Source of the DNA: Octopus sinensis
Lineage: Eukaryota
Length of the DNA stretch: 64,000 bases
Direction: 5' to 3'
Assembly (NCBI RefSeq): GCF_006345805.1
Contig: NC_043017.1
Span: 13,206,001-13,270,000 of the forward strand
Shown: positions 11,374-26,100 of the stretch, in pieces
Position numbering within the stretch: the stretch's first letter is position 1
Layout of the letters: each line of letters starts with the position of its first letter
Translations under genes and position numbers: made by a program
Notes under the pieces: generated by a model
Database searches by the model: none
The model's input: the letters and a program-made list of their open reading frames with translations, nothing else
Told to the model about the DNA's origin: nothing

Positions 11374-11515
11374 TAATAATCTTTTCTGCTAGAGGCACAA
11401 GGCTTGAAACTTAGGGAGGGGAGTAGTTGATAACATCAACCCCAGTACGTCACTGGTACTTATTTTACCAACTCCAAAAGAATGAAAGCCAAAGTTGGCC
11501 TCAGTGGTAATAGTA

Positions 11516-11977
11516 TTAAAAAATTCTTCAAGGCAGTGTTCCAGTAAGGCCACCGTCTTATGGTTGAAACAAGTAGAAGATAAAAGACTATCACTTATAA
11601 CTTTATCTGCTTTGAGATTCAGTTCCTCCCAAAAATGTATTATTATTAGAACACATTGTAAAACAGAGGTTCTCAAACAAGGGATAAATTTCACATACCC
11701 AGGGGAAATAAGCTTGAATAAGAGGGGGCTGAGGACTGATCCTTGGTGAACCCCTACTTCTACCCAGAATTCTTCACTATACTTGTTGCCGACCCTCACC
11801 TTACTGACAGCATCCCTGTACATGACTTGTACAGTTCTTACGAACCACTCATCTATCCCCGGTTTCCACACTGACCACCAGCTTGGACAGTTTAACAGGA
11901 TCTGGTAAGTCAGAAAACTGCATCAGATTCTGCTGTCTGCATTGGCATGGTTTCTAAAGCTGGATGCCTTTCCTAAT
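11516..11977 (+). repeat. Direct duplication unit, copy 1 (about 460 bp composite)
   Basis: About 11 differences against 16592-17052. Confidence 0.9.
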
Positions 11978-11995
11978 ACAGAATGTAAAAAGCTG

Positions 11996-12029
<34 letters not shown>

Positions 12030-12475
12030 TATTATTATTATTATCATTGAATCAGCGGTGTAGTGTGAGCAGGACACAAAATTCTAAGCAGTGCCAAATT
12101 TTAAAAGAAGAAAAATGTAGTAGAAATGTTAATTTTAAATTTTAGCACAAGGCAAGCAAGTTTGACCCCCAGTACTTGGCTGGTACTCATTTTAATTGAC
12201 CCCAAAAGTATGAAAGGCCAAATTGACCTTGGCAGAATTTGAACTCGGAACGTAAAGATGGATGAAATACCACTAAGCATTTTGTCCAACATGCTGATGA
12301 CTCTGCCAGCTTGCCACCTTAAATGTAGTAGTAATAATAAAAACAAAATAGCACACACTTCCATCTCACATGCAAAAATATTTGCTTTGGTACAGGTGCT
12401 GGTAACCTACACTAAACCATTCTATCGAATCTCTAGTGTGCTAAACTTCAACACTGATGTGCTAACGTTCATTAA

Positions 12476-12642
12476 CAGGAGTGGCTGTGTGGTATGTAGC
12501 TTGCTAACCAACCACATGGTTCCGGGTTCAGTCCCACTGCGGGCCATCTTGGGCAAGTGTCTTCTGCTATAGCCCCGGGCCGACCAATGCCTTGTGATTG
12601 GATTTGGTAGACAGAAACTGAAAGAAGCCTGTCGTATATATG

Positions 12643-12677
<35 letters not shown>

Positions 12678-12876
12678 TTGTGTGTCTGTGTTTGTCCCCC
12701 TAGCATTGCTTGACAACCGATGCTGGTGTGTTTACATCCCCGTCACTTAGCGGTTCGGCAAAAGAGACCGATAGAATAAGTACTGGGCTTACAAAGAATA
12801 AGTCCCGGGGTCGATTTGCTCGACTAAAGGCAGTGCTCCAGCATGGCCGCAGTCAAATGACTGAAACAAGTAAAAA
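12476..12876 (+). mobile_element. tRNA-derived SINE family 1
   Basis: Full-length copy. Confidence 0.88.
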
Positions 12877-13368
12877 GGTTGAAGTTGTAATTTAATGAAT
12901 CTCAGCAGTTCCTTTAATATCTCTTATTTTTTTACAGCTGCTAAATCAAATAACAGCTCTAAGCATTTAGAATTATTGTAAAGATTCATTATTTATGAGA
13001 AATAATGGCTCATTTGTCCTCCAAAAACCTCATTGATCTAGATATTGTTTTTTTTTTCAAGAAATCTCAAAACATCGAACATTTGTAAAATGAACAGAAA
13101 TATTACAATTGGTATGGAACTGCCAGCAAGAGTGAATTGATGTATAAATAGTAAAAGATCACTAGCTTTTGGAGTTCACAAACTTCTAGTAGGTTAATGG
13201 AATCCACAGACATGAAATGAATAAGTTTATATACAATGAATATATTTGTGAATTTTATTGACTGGACTTTGCAGCCACATACCACCCACAAGTTTCCTTG
13301 AGATCTACGATTTATTTATTTTAAAATTTGAATTGTCTTCCTAATGAATGGTAATTCCTTCTCAGACA

Positions 13369-13455
13369 ACAAAAGACATTTTTGAAGGTTAAATTTTGAG
13401 ATTAATTTGAGACACAAAAGACATTTTTGAAGGTTAAATTTTGAGATTAATTTCA
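13369..13455 (+). repeat. 45-bp tandem duplication
   Basis: acaaaagacatttttgaaggttaaattttgagattaattt repeated twice. Confidence 0.85.
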
Positions 13456-13944
13456 TGAGAGAAAGAAAAAGAAAGAGACAGACAGATATGGGGAGAGGGG
13501 CAGGAAGTGGAGACAGATGGAGGGAGGGAGGAGGGTTAGATTGACCACAGATTAATTCTGCCATGTTTAGTAATTAGCACTGTTTGTACTAATTAACAAG
13601 ACAGCATTATATTTTCACACTATTCCATTCTATTTTATTGTGAATATGTAAATAAAATCTAAACATCAAACTAATCAGTATTTGCATATGTAATTAATTT
13701 TTCGAGAGAGAGAGAGAGAGAGATTACAGGTAACTTCCAGGACTGCCACCACACGTGAGAATTAATTCAGATGACAAAGAAAATACAAAAGTAAATGAAA
13801 GGGGTAATTTGGGGTAAATATAAACACATTGTTATTCAGCCTCGGCTCAGCCTTGATCAAGCAGACATATGATCAAATGTATTCCAGCCATGACCGTCCC
13901 CTTTTTTACTAATGTGCAGGGAATCCAGAACAACATTGCTCTTT

Positions 13945-14157
13945 TTCTTTTTTTACTTGTTTCAGTCATTTGACTGCGGCCATGCTGGAGCACCGCCTTT
14001 AATCGAGCAACTCGACCCCGGGACTTATTCTTTGTAAGCCCAGTACTTATTCTATCGGTCTCTTTTGCCGAACCACTAAGTGACAGGGACATAAACACAC
14101 CAGCATTGGTTGTCAAGCAATGCTGGGGGGACAAACACAGACACACAAACATACACG

Positions 14158-14193
<36 letters not shown>

Positions 14194-14362
14194 CATATAT
14201 ACGACGGGCTTCTTCAGTTTCCGTCTACCAAATCCACTCACAAGGCTTTGGTCGACCCGAGGCTATAGTAGAAGACACTTGCCCAAGGTGCCACGCAGTG
14301 GGACTGAACCCAGAACCATGTGGTTGGTAAGCAAGCTACTTACCACACAGCCACTCCTGCGC
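13945..14362 (-). mobile_element. tRNA-derived SINE family 1
   Basis: Full-length reverse copy. Confidence 0.88.
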
Positions 14363-14664
14363 TCAATATATCCTTTTCTAAGATTGTGATGGGGGAATAA
14401 GCTGAAGGGGGTTTGTCTGCTATTTCTAGCAGGTCAAGCAACAACATAGCTTCTCAAGGGATCCTTTTATCTTGTCTGTTTTACCCATTTCAGTCATTTG
14501 AACCCAGAATGTAAAGACAGACAAAATGCCACTAAGCATTTATTCCAATGTGCTAGCAATTCTGCTAGCTCACCACCTTTGGCTTGGTTTAATAATGGTA
14601 CCACATAGCTCTTAGTACTTTTAGAAGAATGTGCTTGGTTGCAAGTGCTCAGAAAAGGACCAGG

Positions 14665-14983
14665 TTTCCAGAGTCAGAAAACAGCACAGCTCCCATAACT
14701 TCAGGAAACATTTTTTCATGCTGAGAGTTGCTGAAGCATGGAACAAACTGCCGGCATCAGTTGTTAGTTGTCGGAGCACTGCATCCTTCAAAACTTCCAT
14801 GCTTCCTGAGATTCGCCAACACTACACCTGATTTTCTCCCCTCCATACACACACGGGCATGTATCTGACTCATACATTGTTCGCTTTCCAGACATTTTTA
14901 CATTACTGCATGTACTTTATATGCACTTTCTGACAAGTTGTGGTGCACCTGAGCACTGTATACAATAATTTCATTATTATTAT
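14665..14983 (+). mobile_element. Second CR1-type LINE family, shorter 3' fragment
   Basis: RKHFFMLRVAEAWNKLP; same tail as 39130-39497. Confidence 0.8.
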
Positions 14984-15115
14984 ATCTTCTTCCCACCAGT
15001 CACTGAGGCCCTGTGAGGAAAAAAAAGGGCCATTGCTACTGCCTTTCTTCCTCTGAGCCATTAACAAACAAACAACAAAAGAACTGAAAGCATTTTTTGA
15101 TAAAATGACATAAAT

Positions 15116-15121
15116 TTTATT
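15116..15121 (-). promoter_or_regulatory. Candidate AATAAA polyadenylation signal of ODR4
   Basis: AATAAA on the - strand about 20 nt after the TAA stop. Confidence 0.4.
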
Positions 15122-15139
15122 GTAGTTAAATAACTGATG

Positions 15140-15360
15140 TTATACTTTGTCATAGAAGAAGAAACTGATGCTGGCTGTCGCTGCAACAATAGCTGCAACT
15201 ACTGCACCTGAAATACAAGGTAAAAAAATGAAATGTATTATCATTTTCATAAGAATTTAGAAATTTTGAGGACATGAAATCATTCTTCTTTCAAAATGGT
15301 GAATCTCAAAGCAAATAAAGATATAGATTAACAATCAACAAGTCGTATATATGTATATAT

Positions 15361-15418
<58 letters not shown>

Positions 15419-18095
15419 CTTGTGTGTCTGTGTTTGTCCCCCCAGCATTGCTTGACAACCAATGCTGGTGTGTTTATGTCCCCGTCACTTAGCGGTTCGG
15501 CAAAAAGAGACCGATAGAATAAGTACTGGGCTTACAAAGAATAAGTCCCGGGGGTCGAGTTGCTCGACTAAAGGCGGTGCTCCAGCATGGCCGCAGTCAA
15601 ATGACTGAAACAAGTAAAGAAAGAAAAAGAGCAATGTCGTTCTGGATTCCCTGCACATTAGTAAAAAGCGGGACGGTCATGGCTGGAATGCATTTGATCA
15701 TATGTCTGCTTGATCAAGTCTGAGCCGAGGCTGAATAACAATGTGTTTGGGGGTCGTTAGGGCACTGCAGTCATGCAACATATTTTGGGTGAGAAAGCCT
15801 AGCTGAACCCATCCCTCTCCAGGCTAAACTCTACAGCTGAGTGGACTGGAGCAACATGAAATGATGTGTTTTGCTCAAAAACACAACACACAGCCCGGTC
15901 CAGGGATCAAAATCTCAATCTTATAGTCATGAATTCAACACCCTAACCACAAAGATATAAATAATAGCACATATATATTGGGTTAAAAATCCCTTTAGGA
16001 TAGAAAATTCAAAGGCTACCCATGGGACTTAAATGTCTTCTGTAAACATGACAGATTATTTATTACCCACAAGGGGCTAAACACAGAGGGGACAAACAAG
16101 GACAGACATAGGTATTAAGTCGATTACATCGACCCCAGTGCGTAACTGGTACTTAATTTATCGACCCCGAAAGGATGAAAGGCAAAGTCGACCTCGGCGG
16201 AATTTGAACTAAGAGCGTAATGGCAGACGAAATACGGCTACGCATTTCGCCCGGCGTGCTAACTTTTCTGCCAGCTCGCCGCCAAAAATATGACAGATGT
16301 ACCATTGGACCAAACTAATCCTTTAGATTTCTTTATCCATTTTAGATACTTTGTTCTTATCAGTGAGAATTGAATACACTTCTTACAGGTGTAGGCATGG
16401 CTATGTGGTAAGAAGCTTGCTTCCCAACTACATGGTTCTAGGTTCAGTCCTACTGCATCGCACCTCAGGCAAGTGTCATCTACTAAAGACTTGGTTTTAA
16501 TCAAAGCCTTGGGAACAGATTTGGTAGATGGAAATTGAAAGAAGTCACTTGTATATACATGTGTGTCAAGTACTGAGGTCAATTCATTCAGTTAAAAATT
16601 CTTCAAGGCAGTGTTCCAGTAAGGCCACCGTCTTATGGTTGAAACAAGTAGAAGATAAAAGACTATCCCTTATAGCTTTATCTGCTTTGAGATTCAGTTC
16701 CTCCAAAAAATGTATTATTATTAGAACACATTGTAAAACAGAGGTTCTCAAACAAGGGATAAATTTCACATACCCAGAGGAAATAAGCTTGAATAAGAGG
16801 GGGCTGAGGACTGATCCTTGGTGAACCCCTACTTCTACCCAGAATTCTTCACTATACTTGTTGCCGACCCTCACCTTACTGACAGCATCCCTGTACATGA
16901 CTTGTACAGTTCTTACCAACCTCTCATCTATCCCCAGTTTCCACATTGACCACCAGCTTGGACAGTTTAACAGAATCTGGTAAGTCAGAAAACTGCATCA
17001 GACTCTGCTGTCTGCATTGGCATGGTTTCTAAAGCTGGATGCCTTTCCTAATGCCAACCACTTTACAGAGTATAAATGTGAGCAATAGCAACATTTTATA
17101 TTTTTTCTAAATTTAACATTTTTCTGGGGGTAAATTTAACATTTCATGTCAAATACACCAGTAGTTTTTTTTTTTTGCTACAAAATCAAAAAGATTAAAA
17201 TTCTCTGTGTTAATCAGAGGATAATCTTGAATCCCTTTTTTTAAGCATACATACACCAGATCTCTTCATGTCATAAGAGGTGACTAAAAGGGTTGATGTC
17301 ACAAAGGACATGGCCATAAAAAAAATTGCCTCAAAATATACCCCCTAATCTATACTCTCATGGAAAAACAGATGATACAAGTAAATTACAGACCCAGAAT
17401 TAAAACAGATAGAACAAAGCAAACTAAAACAAAAGCATAAAAAGTAGTAATATATATATATATATACATATAGGGGAGAATTCAAAAGAACAAAGAACGA
17501 AGACAAGTGGTGTAGACAACAAACAGATGTATTAGTATAACGCTCAGGAATAGAAAAAGTCTTTTACGTTTCGAGCCTATGCTCTTCTACAGAAAGGGAC
17601 ACAGAAAAAACAAGGAGAGAGAAAAAAAAAATATACATAATAAAACTATAATATACTTACTCATATAGTATTTTGCAGTCGATGTCTTTGATAAATATAT
17701 CGGCACATTAGAGGTTGATTGGAAGGCACTGCTTTTTTGCCGTTTCTCAATATCATCATCAACTGAAAAATGGAAAGAAATTTCATGAAGAATTTACAAA
17801 ATATTTTTATAAAATAATACATATTTTTTAATCAATCACATATTTTTAATATTTAGTAAAAACATTAATGTGTGCCAGCATGAATATTGTTTGGTAAAAA
17901 ACTTCCCTTTCCCCAATGACATGTGTTCAAATTTGATCCAAATGCTGGGCACCCTGGGAGGATTGAAATGATAGGGTGTAGCATGGCTGATTGGACATTC
18001 AGCCTGTTTTGGTGACAGTATTTTTTGACACTAGAGGCATACACACACACACTCCTGTGCAAAGAAATATACACATACAGATAGAAAGAGTGAGT

Positions 18096-18126
<31 letters not shown>

Positions 18127-21100
18127 CAGGTTTATTAACTGGACATGATTGGCAAACACTTTCCCTATCCTCGTATGCATAAAGAGAAATATGCACGCAC
18201 ACATGAACAGAGAGAGACAGAAAGATAACAAGAGAAACATTAAAACATCTGTCATATAAGCCAGCATCAAATTAGTGGCACCAAATAAGTGACGCCAAAA
18301 AGGCTGTGCCCAAATGTCTCAATCCCCCCACCTTGGAATAGTATCTCTTCTACCATAGATTGGGGTCAACCAAAGCCTTGTGAGTAAAATTTGAAAGTGG
18401 CAGGCAGAAACTGTATGGAAGCCTAAAGGAAGGAGCGACTTTGTTTTGGGGGTCAACTGGTTCCACACCAACATTTGGGTCATGTCTACCCAGCTGTTTT
18501 AGAAAGCCTAAGAAGATAATCTGAGCACTGATCTTCCTCCTTTGATTTAACCATAGACACTCCAAGATTTAACTCCAAGACACTGAGTGTTAGACAAAAT
18601 GAAGTCCTTAGCAAGGTAATTCAGATCAAAATGTTCCAACCTTGATCATCCTGTTCTATATTCTAACATTTCTAGCATTATATTTTCCAATGTATCCTAT
18701 TTCTTAAGGCAGTAAATGGTGATGTGAGGGAAAATTAGCTACTATTTTTAGAAAGTAGAACAACCAAAGAAGCCTCATCATTGGCTTGAAATATACTGTT
18801 AGTTATTAGAAGAAATTACCAACGTTAGAATCAACAGAATAATAGAGTACTTTGTATTGGCATAGCTGAAGTGGATAACCAAGTCTGAGACTTACCAGGA
18901 ATTCTTTCACAGTTAAACTGTAGACATGGTTCTGTTAATGTGACATCAAGTAATTCTTGGAATCGGTTTATGGTTTCTTCAATTTCTTCATCTTGAAACA
19001 TGTAGTCACAAAACTGAAATGGTCTGTCAGGAAGTGTTCCAAAGACTCGCACTGGGGTATCAAACACAGTTTTTGTAGCTTTAAAGGAAAACAAACAAAA
19101 AAGAAATAAAAAATAAAATTTAACAAAAACATACAAAAAAGGATCTGGTACATGTAACTGAGTCAGTATTTAATTAAAATAGCCACCTGTGTCATACATA
19201 ATGGATATACATAGTCTGATAGGCCAGTTACTGTTGTATTTGTCCTAAGATACTCACAGCTAATAACATGCTTTGATGAGTGCTGGCTGCTGCTGGGATG
19301 AATTTTTCTCTCTCTCTCTCTCTCTTTGAAATTGTGTATTTTAACATAGCAAGTCCAAAAGAGATGTTATCTCGGGACAAATACTGCAGTGACAAGCCTA
19401 TCAAAGTGTATATACATTTGGCTATAAGAAAAAAAGAATTAATAAAAATAACTAAAACTGTAAAAGATTAACTTCTTAGTTAACAAACCGACCATATCAG
19501 GCCCAAATATTCTATCTGTTCAAAGTGACCAGATCACGCTTCTCACACCTGCCCTACAATGTCATTCTAAAAATAAACAACCACACCATAGAAATCTCAA
19601 ATCTACAAGATAATGTATGATAAATTCAAATCAAAGTGAATAAATGAGCATTACATTTGACTTCTAAAAGTTAAAAGATTTTACTGAATGAAAGGAACAC
19701 ATTTCTAAATAAGAGAAGTAAATGGTGCTATGCACATATCATTTTGGCAATGGTTCTTTAATGTTCTGAGTTCAAATCCTGCTGAGGTCAACTTTGTCTT
19801 TCATCCTTCTGGGTTCAATAAAATAAAGTACTAGTCATGTGCTAGGGTCAATTTAATCAACTTACACCTCCCACCCCTCTAACCAATATTTTAACCCTTT
19901 AGCATTTAAACCGGCCATATCCGGCCAAAAAGTATTCTGCCTGTTTTATGTTCAAAATGGCCAGATCTGGTCTCTCACACCAACCCTACAATATCATTTA
20001 AAAAATTAACGGTTACCTCATCAAATTCTCATAGCTACAAGATAATGCATGATTAGTTCAAAACAATGTGGATGAAGAAGCATTAATTTGGGTAGAATAA
20101 TGCAAACACTAAAGGGTTAAGCCATGTTATTGACAGAAACAATTATTGATGACGCAACAGAATTGGTTGAGAGACGAATTTTTTTTTGGTTTCAAGTTAG
20201 GACAGAAGGCAATATGTGTGCGTAGGGGAGACATGTGTATGTGTGTTTGGGAATATAAGTATTTATAAAATGACATACCAGCATCTTCCTCAATAACATC
20301 GATGTCTTCACACAACAGCTCACAGCGTGATACCAAGCTACGGATGATGTCACATTTAACAACCTGGACAAAATAAAATACTATGTTACATGCAACACAC
20401 ATATACATATATATACATACATAGATATACACACATGCAAACATACATACATATATATATAAAGGATAAAATAATAATAAAACTAATAATAATTCTGCTC
20501 AATACCACAGATTTGCTTGTCAGTTGTTTGACCATAACCAGTTGAGCATGTCCCTTAGTGGCTGACAATGTGTGCATCTCTGATCACGAGCAGAAGTAGT
20601 GGGGGAGCATCATAGCCATATGTTGAGAGGGATTCCTTGGGGTTTGAATAATTCACCTCTGAAAACATGGGGTGTTTCATTCAACACCTTTAAACAACCC
20701 TTATTCAGGGACCTTTTGAGCGGGATGGGTTACTCGACCAGAAGAAAATTCTAACTGGGCCCCACCTGCAAGGTCATGTGCTCTTTATCTTGATATGAGA
20801 TCACCATGTCGCGCACATATGGTTGTGATGTATGTGCCTAATTTTAGAAATGGTCACAGAGAATTGTCAGCAACACTTGCTAAACCAAGCATCCCAACAC
20901 ACAGGTGGGGTGAGGTGGGTTATTTCTCAATTAAGGCAGTATGAAAGATAATTTCATACCTCCCTGTTACGGCTGATTGATTGAAGTTAAAGTTACACTC
21001 GACAGAAATTTTCAGATCTATTTTTTTCAGTCATTGGACTGTGGCCTTGTGGGACCACCACCTTGAAGGGTTTAGTCAAACAAATCAACCTCAGTACTTC

Positions 21101-21199
21101 TTGTTTTTGAAGTCTGGTACTTCTATTGGTCTCTTCTGCTGAACTGCTTTGTTACAGGGATGCCAACAAACCATCACTGGTTGTCAAGAAGTAACCAAA

Positions 21200-21234
<35 letters not shown>

Positions 21235-21799
21235 CAGGCTTCCAGTTTCCATCAACCAAATTCGCTCACAGTGCATTGGTTGGCCTGGGATAACAGTAGA
21301 AGACACTTGCACAAGGTACCACACATTGGGACTGAAACCAAAACCACAAGGTTTCAAAGCAAGCGTTTTAACCACGCAGCCATGCCTATGCCAATATGAG
21401 AGGGGAAAAAATTAAGAATGGATCGTAATTTACAATTCTTTTCCTTTCTTACCTGTATGCCTTCTTGGACAGTGGCTTTGGGATTAACATAGGCACAAAT
21501 TGTCATGACCCCTCGAATCCATAAACTGGAAGAACATTCGGCTATGGCAACGGCTGATTGATTGTCCTCCTGGGGGAGAAGAAAAAAATGGTAAGGTGAG
21601 AATGATTGAGAGAAAATTCAGAAAGATCCATTTGTACAAGCATACATGAACCAAATATAGTCTTCCAAATATAGTAGTGAAATCTCCCTCAAACCATAGT
21701 CTGAGAAGAAGCAGGACACTTTGAATGAAGCAGTCCTAGATATACATAGTTTGTTTCAAGCTGAACTGGATTAAACAACAACAGAAAAAAATAAACACT

Positions 21800-21847
<48 letters not shown>

Positions 21848-23039
21848 AAGAAACTTACATGTGGTAACAACAAATTCACTTTATAAATTTTCAGATTCAA
21901 ACTTTTGTTTTGGAGTTGAATTTTTTGATTTTCACATGATGGTTTACTGGAAAGTTGTTCCTCTGAGTTCCTTAACTGACTTCCTATGGTAACCATTCCA
22001 TTCCAAACACTGTCACAAAATGGTTGGATTCCAGTCTGGAAGACATTTCAAGACAAAATACTATAAGATAAAACAGAGTACATTAAATGAGGATAATATG
22101 TTTTGGTGAAAACAGCAAAAATTGTTAATTTTATCCTGTACTTGTTTCAAACATTGGACTGTGGACATACTGGAGTACTGCCTAGAAGGGTTTAGTCAAA
22201 ATAAATTGAGCCCAATACTTACATATATGTGTGTGTGTGTGTATATCATCATCATCATCATCGTTTAACGTCCGTTCTCCATGCTAGCATGGGTTGGACG
22301 GTTCGACTGGGGATCTGGGAAGCCAGAAGGCTGCACCAGGCTCCGGTCTTATCTGGCAATGTTTCTACAGCTGGATGCCCTTCCTAATGCCAACCACTCC
22401 GAGAGTGTAGTGGGTGCTTTTTACGTGCCACCTGCACTGGTGCCAGCGAGGCTGGCATCGGCCATGGTCGGATTGGTGCATTTTACGTGCCACCTGCACG
22501 GAAGCCAGTCAAGGCTGCACTGGCTTCGGCCACGATTCGGATGGTGCTTTTTACGTGCTACCGTATATGTATATATAAATAAGGAAAACATCGTTAATTT
22601 AAATATCAATCTTATCAAGTGGCCAGCATGGGAATAAAAACCTTCAAAGGTAATAATTATTATTAAAATTATAATTAGATACCCTAAATTATAATTTTAA
22701 TAATAATGATATATATATATACATGTATTTCTTTTATTCTTTTACTTGTTTCAGTTATTTGACTGAGGCCATGCTAGAGCACCACCTTGAAGGGTTTTAG
22801 TTGAACAAATCAACCTCAGGACTTATATTTAAAGCCCAGCACTTATTCTATTTGTCTCTTTTGACAAACCACTAAGTTACAGGGATGTAAACACACTAAC
22901 ACCGGTTGTCAGGTGGTGATGGGTGACAAACACAGACATAAAACACACACAACGGGATTCTTTTAGTTTCTCACTACCAAATCCACTCACAAGGTTTTGA
23001 TCAGCCCAAGGCCATAGAAGAACACACATTTGCACAAGG

Positions 23040-23102
<63 letters not shown>

Positions 23103-26100
23103 CACACACACACATAATATATATAAACTTACTTGGAAATGGATGCAGTCTTGTACTTATTCTATTGGTTTCTTTTTGCTGAAATGCTAAGTTATAGGGA
23201 TGTAAACAAACTAGTACCAGTTGTCAAGTTGTAAGGGAGACAAGCACAAGCACACACACACACATATGTACATGATGTGAAGGTGCATGGCACAGTGGCT
23301 ATAGCATTGGGCTCCCAGTTGTAAGATTGCGAGTTCGATTCCTGGACAGAGGTGTGTGCTGTGTTTTTGAGCAACACACATTACTTCACACTGTTCCAGT
23401 TCACTCAGCTGTAGAAACGATTAGTGACATCACCAGTGCCAAGCTATATCAGCTTATGTCATTCCCTTAGACAACAGCAGTAGCATGGAGAGGGGAGACT
23501 GATATGCATGGGCAACTGCTAGTCTTCCACAAACAACCTTATCTGGACTTACGCCTCAGAGGGGAACTTTCAAGGTACAATCCCATGGTCTTTACTCTTT
23601 TACTCTTATATACATAATAGGTTTCCACATAGTTTCTTTGTACCAAATTCACTCACAAGGTATTGGTCAGCCATAACCTTTTTAAAGCGGCAAGCTGGAA
23701 GAAACGTTAGTAGGCTGGGTGAAATGCTTAGCGGTATTTCGTCTGCCGTTACGTTCTGAGTTCAAATTCTCACCGAGGTCGACTTTGCCTTTCATCCTTT
23801 CGGGGTCGATTAAATAAGTACCAGTTACGCACTGGGGTCGATATAATCGACTTAATCCATTTGTCTGTCCTTGTTTGTCCTCTCTATGTTTAGCCCCTTG
23901 TGGGTAGTAAAGAAATAGGTATTGGTCGGCTTAGAGCTAAATAATATCCTGTGTAGAAGACACTTACCCAAAGTGGAACTGAACCCCAAACCACAAGATT
24001 GCAAAGCAAGTTTCTTAACCACACAGTCCATATCTAGTAAGGTGAGAATAAACAACCACAAAGGTGCATATTTGATAACATAGTCAAAGCTAGAATCAGG
24101 AGGAAATAACTGGTCATAACTAGGATGTTTTTCACCAATCATAGATTTTTTCTAAGAGGGTTAGTAGGGGACTAAAAATAAGAAAAAAGATAAAGCAGTC
24201 CAAGGTACACCCTGGGGTGGTGGGGAACAAAGTGGTCAGTTATAGCTAGAATGTGTCAAAACCCATTATATAATTTTATATTTTTTACTGGTTTCAGTCA
24301 ATGGCATGTAGTCATGCTGGGGCACTGCCTTTAAAAGATTTTAGTTGACTGTATCAGTTGTATTCAGTCTGGTATATATTTGATAGTGGATTTGATTATA
24401 GCCCCATAGCTATGACCAAATCCACTATCAAATATATACTAGACTTGCCAGTGCCGCCTTGACTAGCTTCCGTGCCGGTGGCACGTAAAAAGCACCATCC
24501 GACTGTAGCCGTTTGCCAGACTTGTCTGGCACCTGTGCAGGTGGCACGTAAAAAGCACCCACTACACTCATGGAGTGGTTGGCGTTAGGAAGGGCATCCA
24601 GCCGTAGAAACATTGCCAGATCAGACTGGGCCTGGTGCAGCCTTCTGGCTTCCCAGACCCCAGTTGCACCATCCAACCCATGCCAGCATGGAAAGCGGAC
24701 GCTAAACGATGATGATGATGATGATGATGATGAATACAACCAATACAGTCAACTATAATAAAAATAATAATGAATAACTTACCAAAATTTTCTTAATAAA
24801 GTTACTACTCTTCATCTGTTTCGTTATAATAATTGGTAAATCTATAGCTACAGTAGTTTCTAATTTATTCCAATTGTCTGTGATTTGTTGGCATTTCCAG
24901 TCTGCTGGTTGAAGAGAACTCTTAAAGAATAAAAAGTTTAAATATTTCAGAGAAAGCCATTTTGTTACCATAAATCTATTGAAATAAATTGCTTTTGTTT
25001 TAATTAATTTTGAAAAAAAATGAAGAATGTAGTGAAATAAGTTCCTCATAATTAAGCTGGTGTTTAGAATACAAATTAGATGGAAATTTTTTAATTAGAT
25101 AACTTTAAGATATTTATTACCATATTTTTGCTACAAATAAGAAGGTATGTTTTTTTTTTCTCATCCTTTTTTTGACAATCATTGGAAAGGGATAAATATA
25201 GTGATACTTACTTTGAGATTTAAGATGTCTAAAGTACGACATGTGTATCTGATAGGTTGAATAAAGGAAAAAATACTTGAATTTACTCAGAATTCATAAC
25301 GAGTCATTTAAGGTCTTTGATACAAAATCATTTGAGGACTCAATCTTCCTCTAGATCTTATTCAAAACTCAATCTCAATGATTTTCAAATGAGATCATAT
25401 AGTGTGTGTGTGAGTGTGTGTGCATGTATACATACACACACACACACACAAAATCATCATCATCATTGTTCGACCGTGGTCGAGACAATGGAATTTACCA
25501 TGCTACGCCAGACTTCACGGTCCATCATGGTATTACGGAGGTCCTGTTGCTGGATGCCTGTATCCCTGGAGATTACATCAGGGTAGGAGAGCGTGCGCCC
25601 TCAGGTACTGTGAGTAGATGGCTTCCAGAGGAGAAGAGTAGAAATTACTTCTTTTTCAGCTCTACAACAATGTCCAGCAAACTGGACTCTCCTACCTTTC
25701 ACAAGAGATGACACAGGTGGTAGTTTCCCATATATTTGCATTTTGGTTGGATGGCGCTTCCACAGAGATTTTGAGCTCTCATAAGGAGGCGAGTGTAGGT
25801 TCCATCCAACCGCCTCTCAAGCTTCTACAAAATAGATGAATAGAGAAAGAAATGTGGTACTAAAATAATGTGAAAGGATACTTTTTGGTCACTGAGCACA
25901 TCTGGAAAATGACACGTTCGTTGATGGAAAAGTCTTTGGTAAAAATTAACTGAGCCTTTATTAGAAGTTTCTGGATTGCAAATAACATCTGAAGAGAGAA
26001 TTGAAAAAAAGCAAAAACAGGAAAATATATTATTGTGTAATATTTAATGATAATTATAACAATTTACATGGAGGCACGTGGCTTAGTGGTTAGGGTGTCA

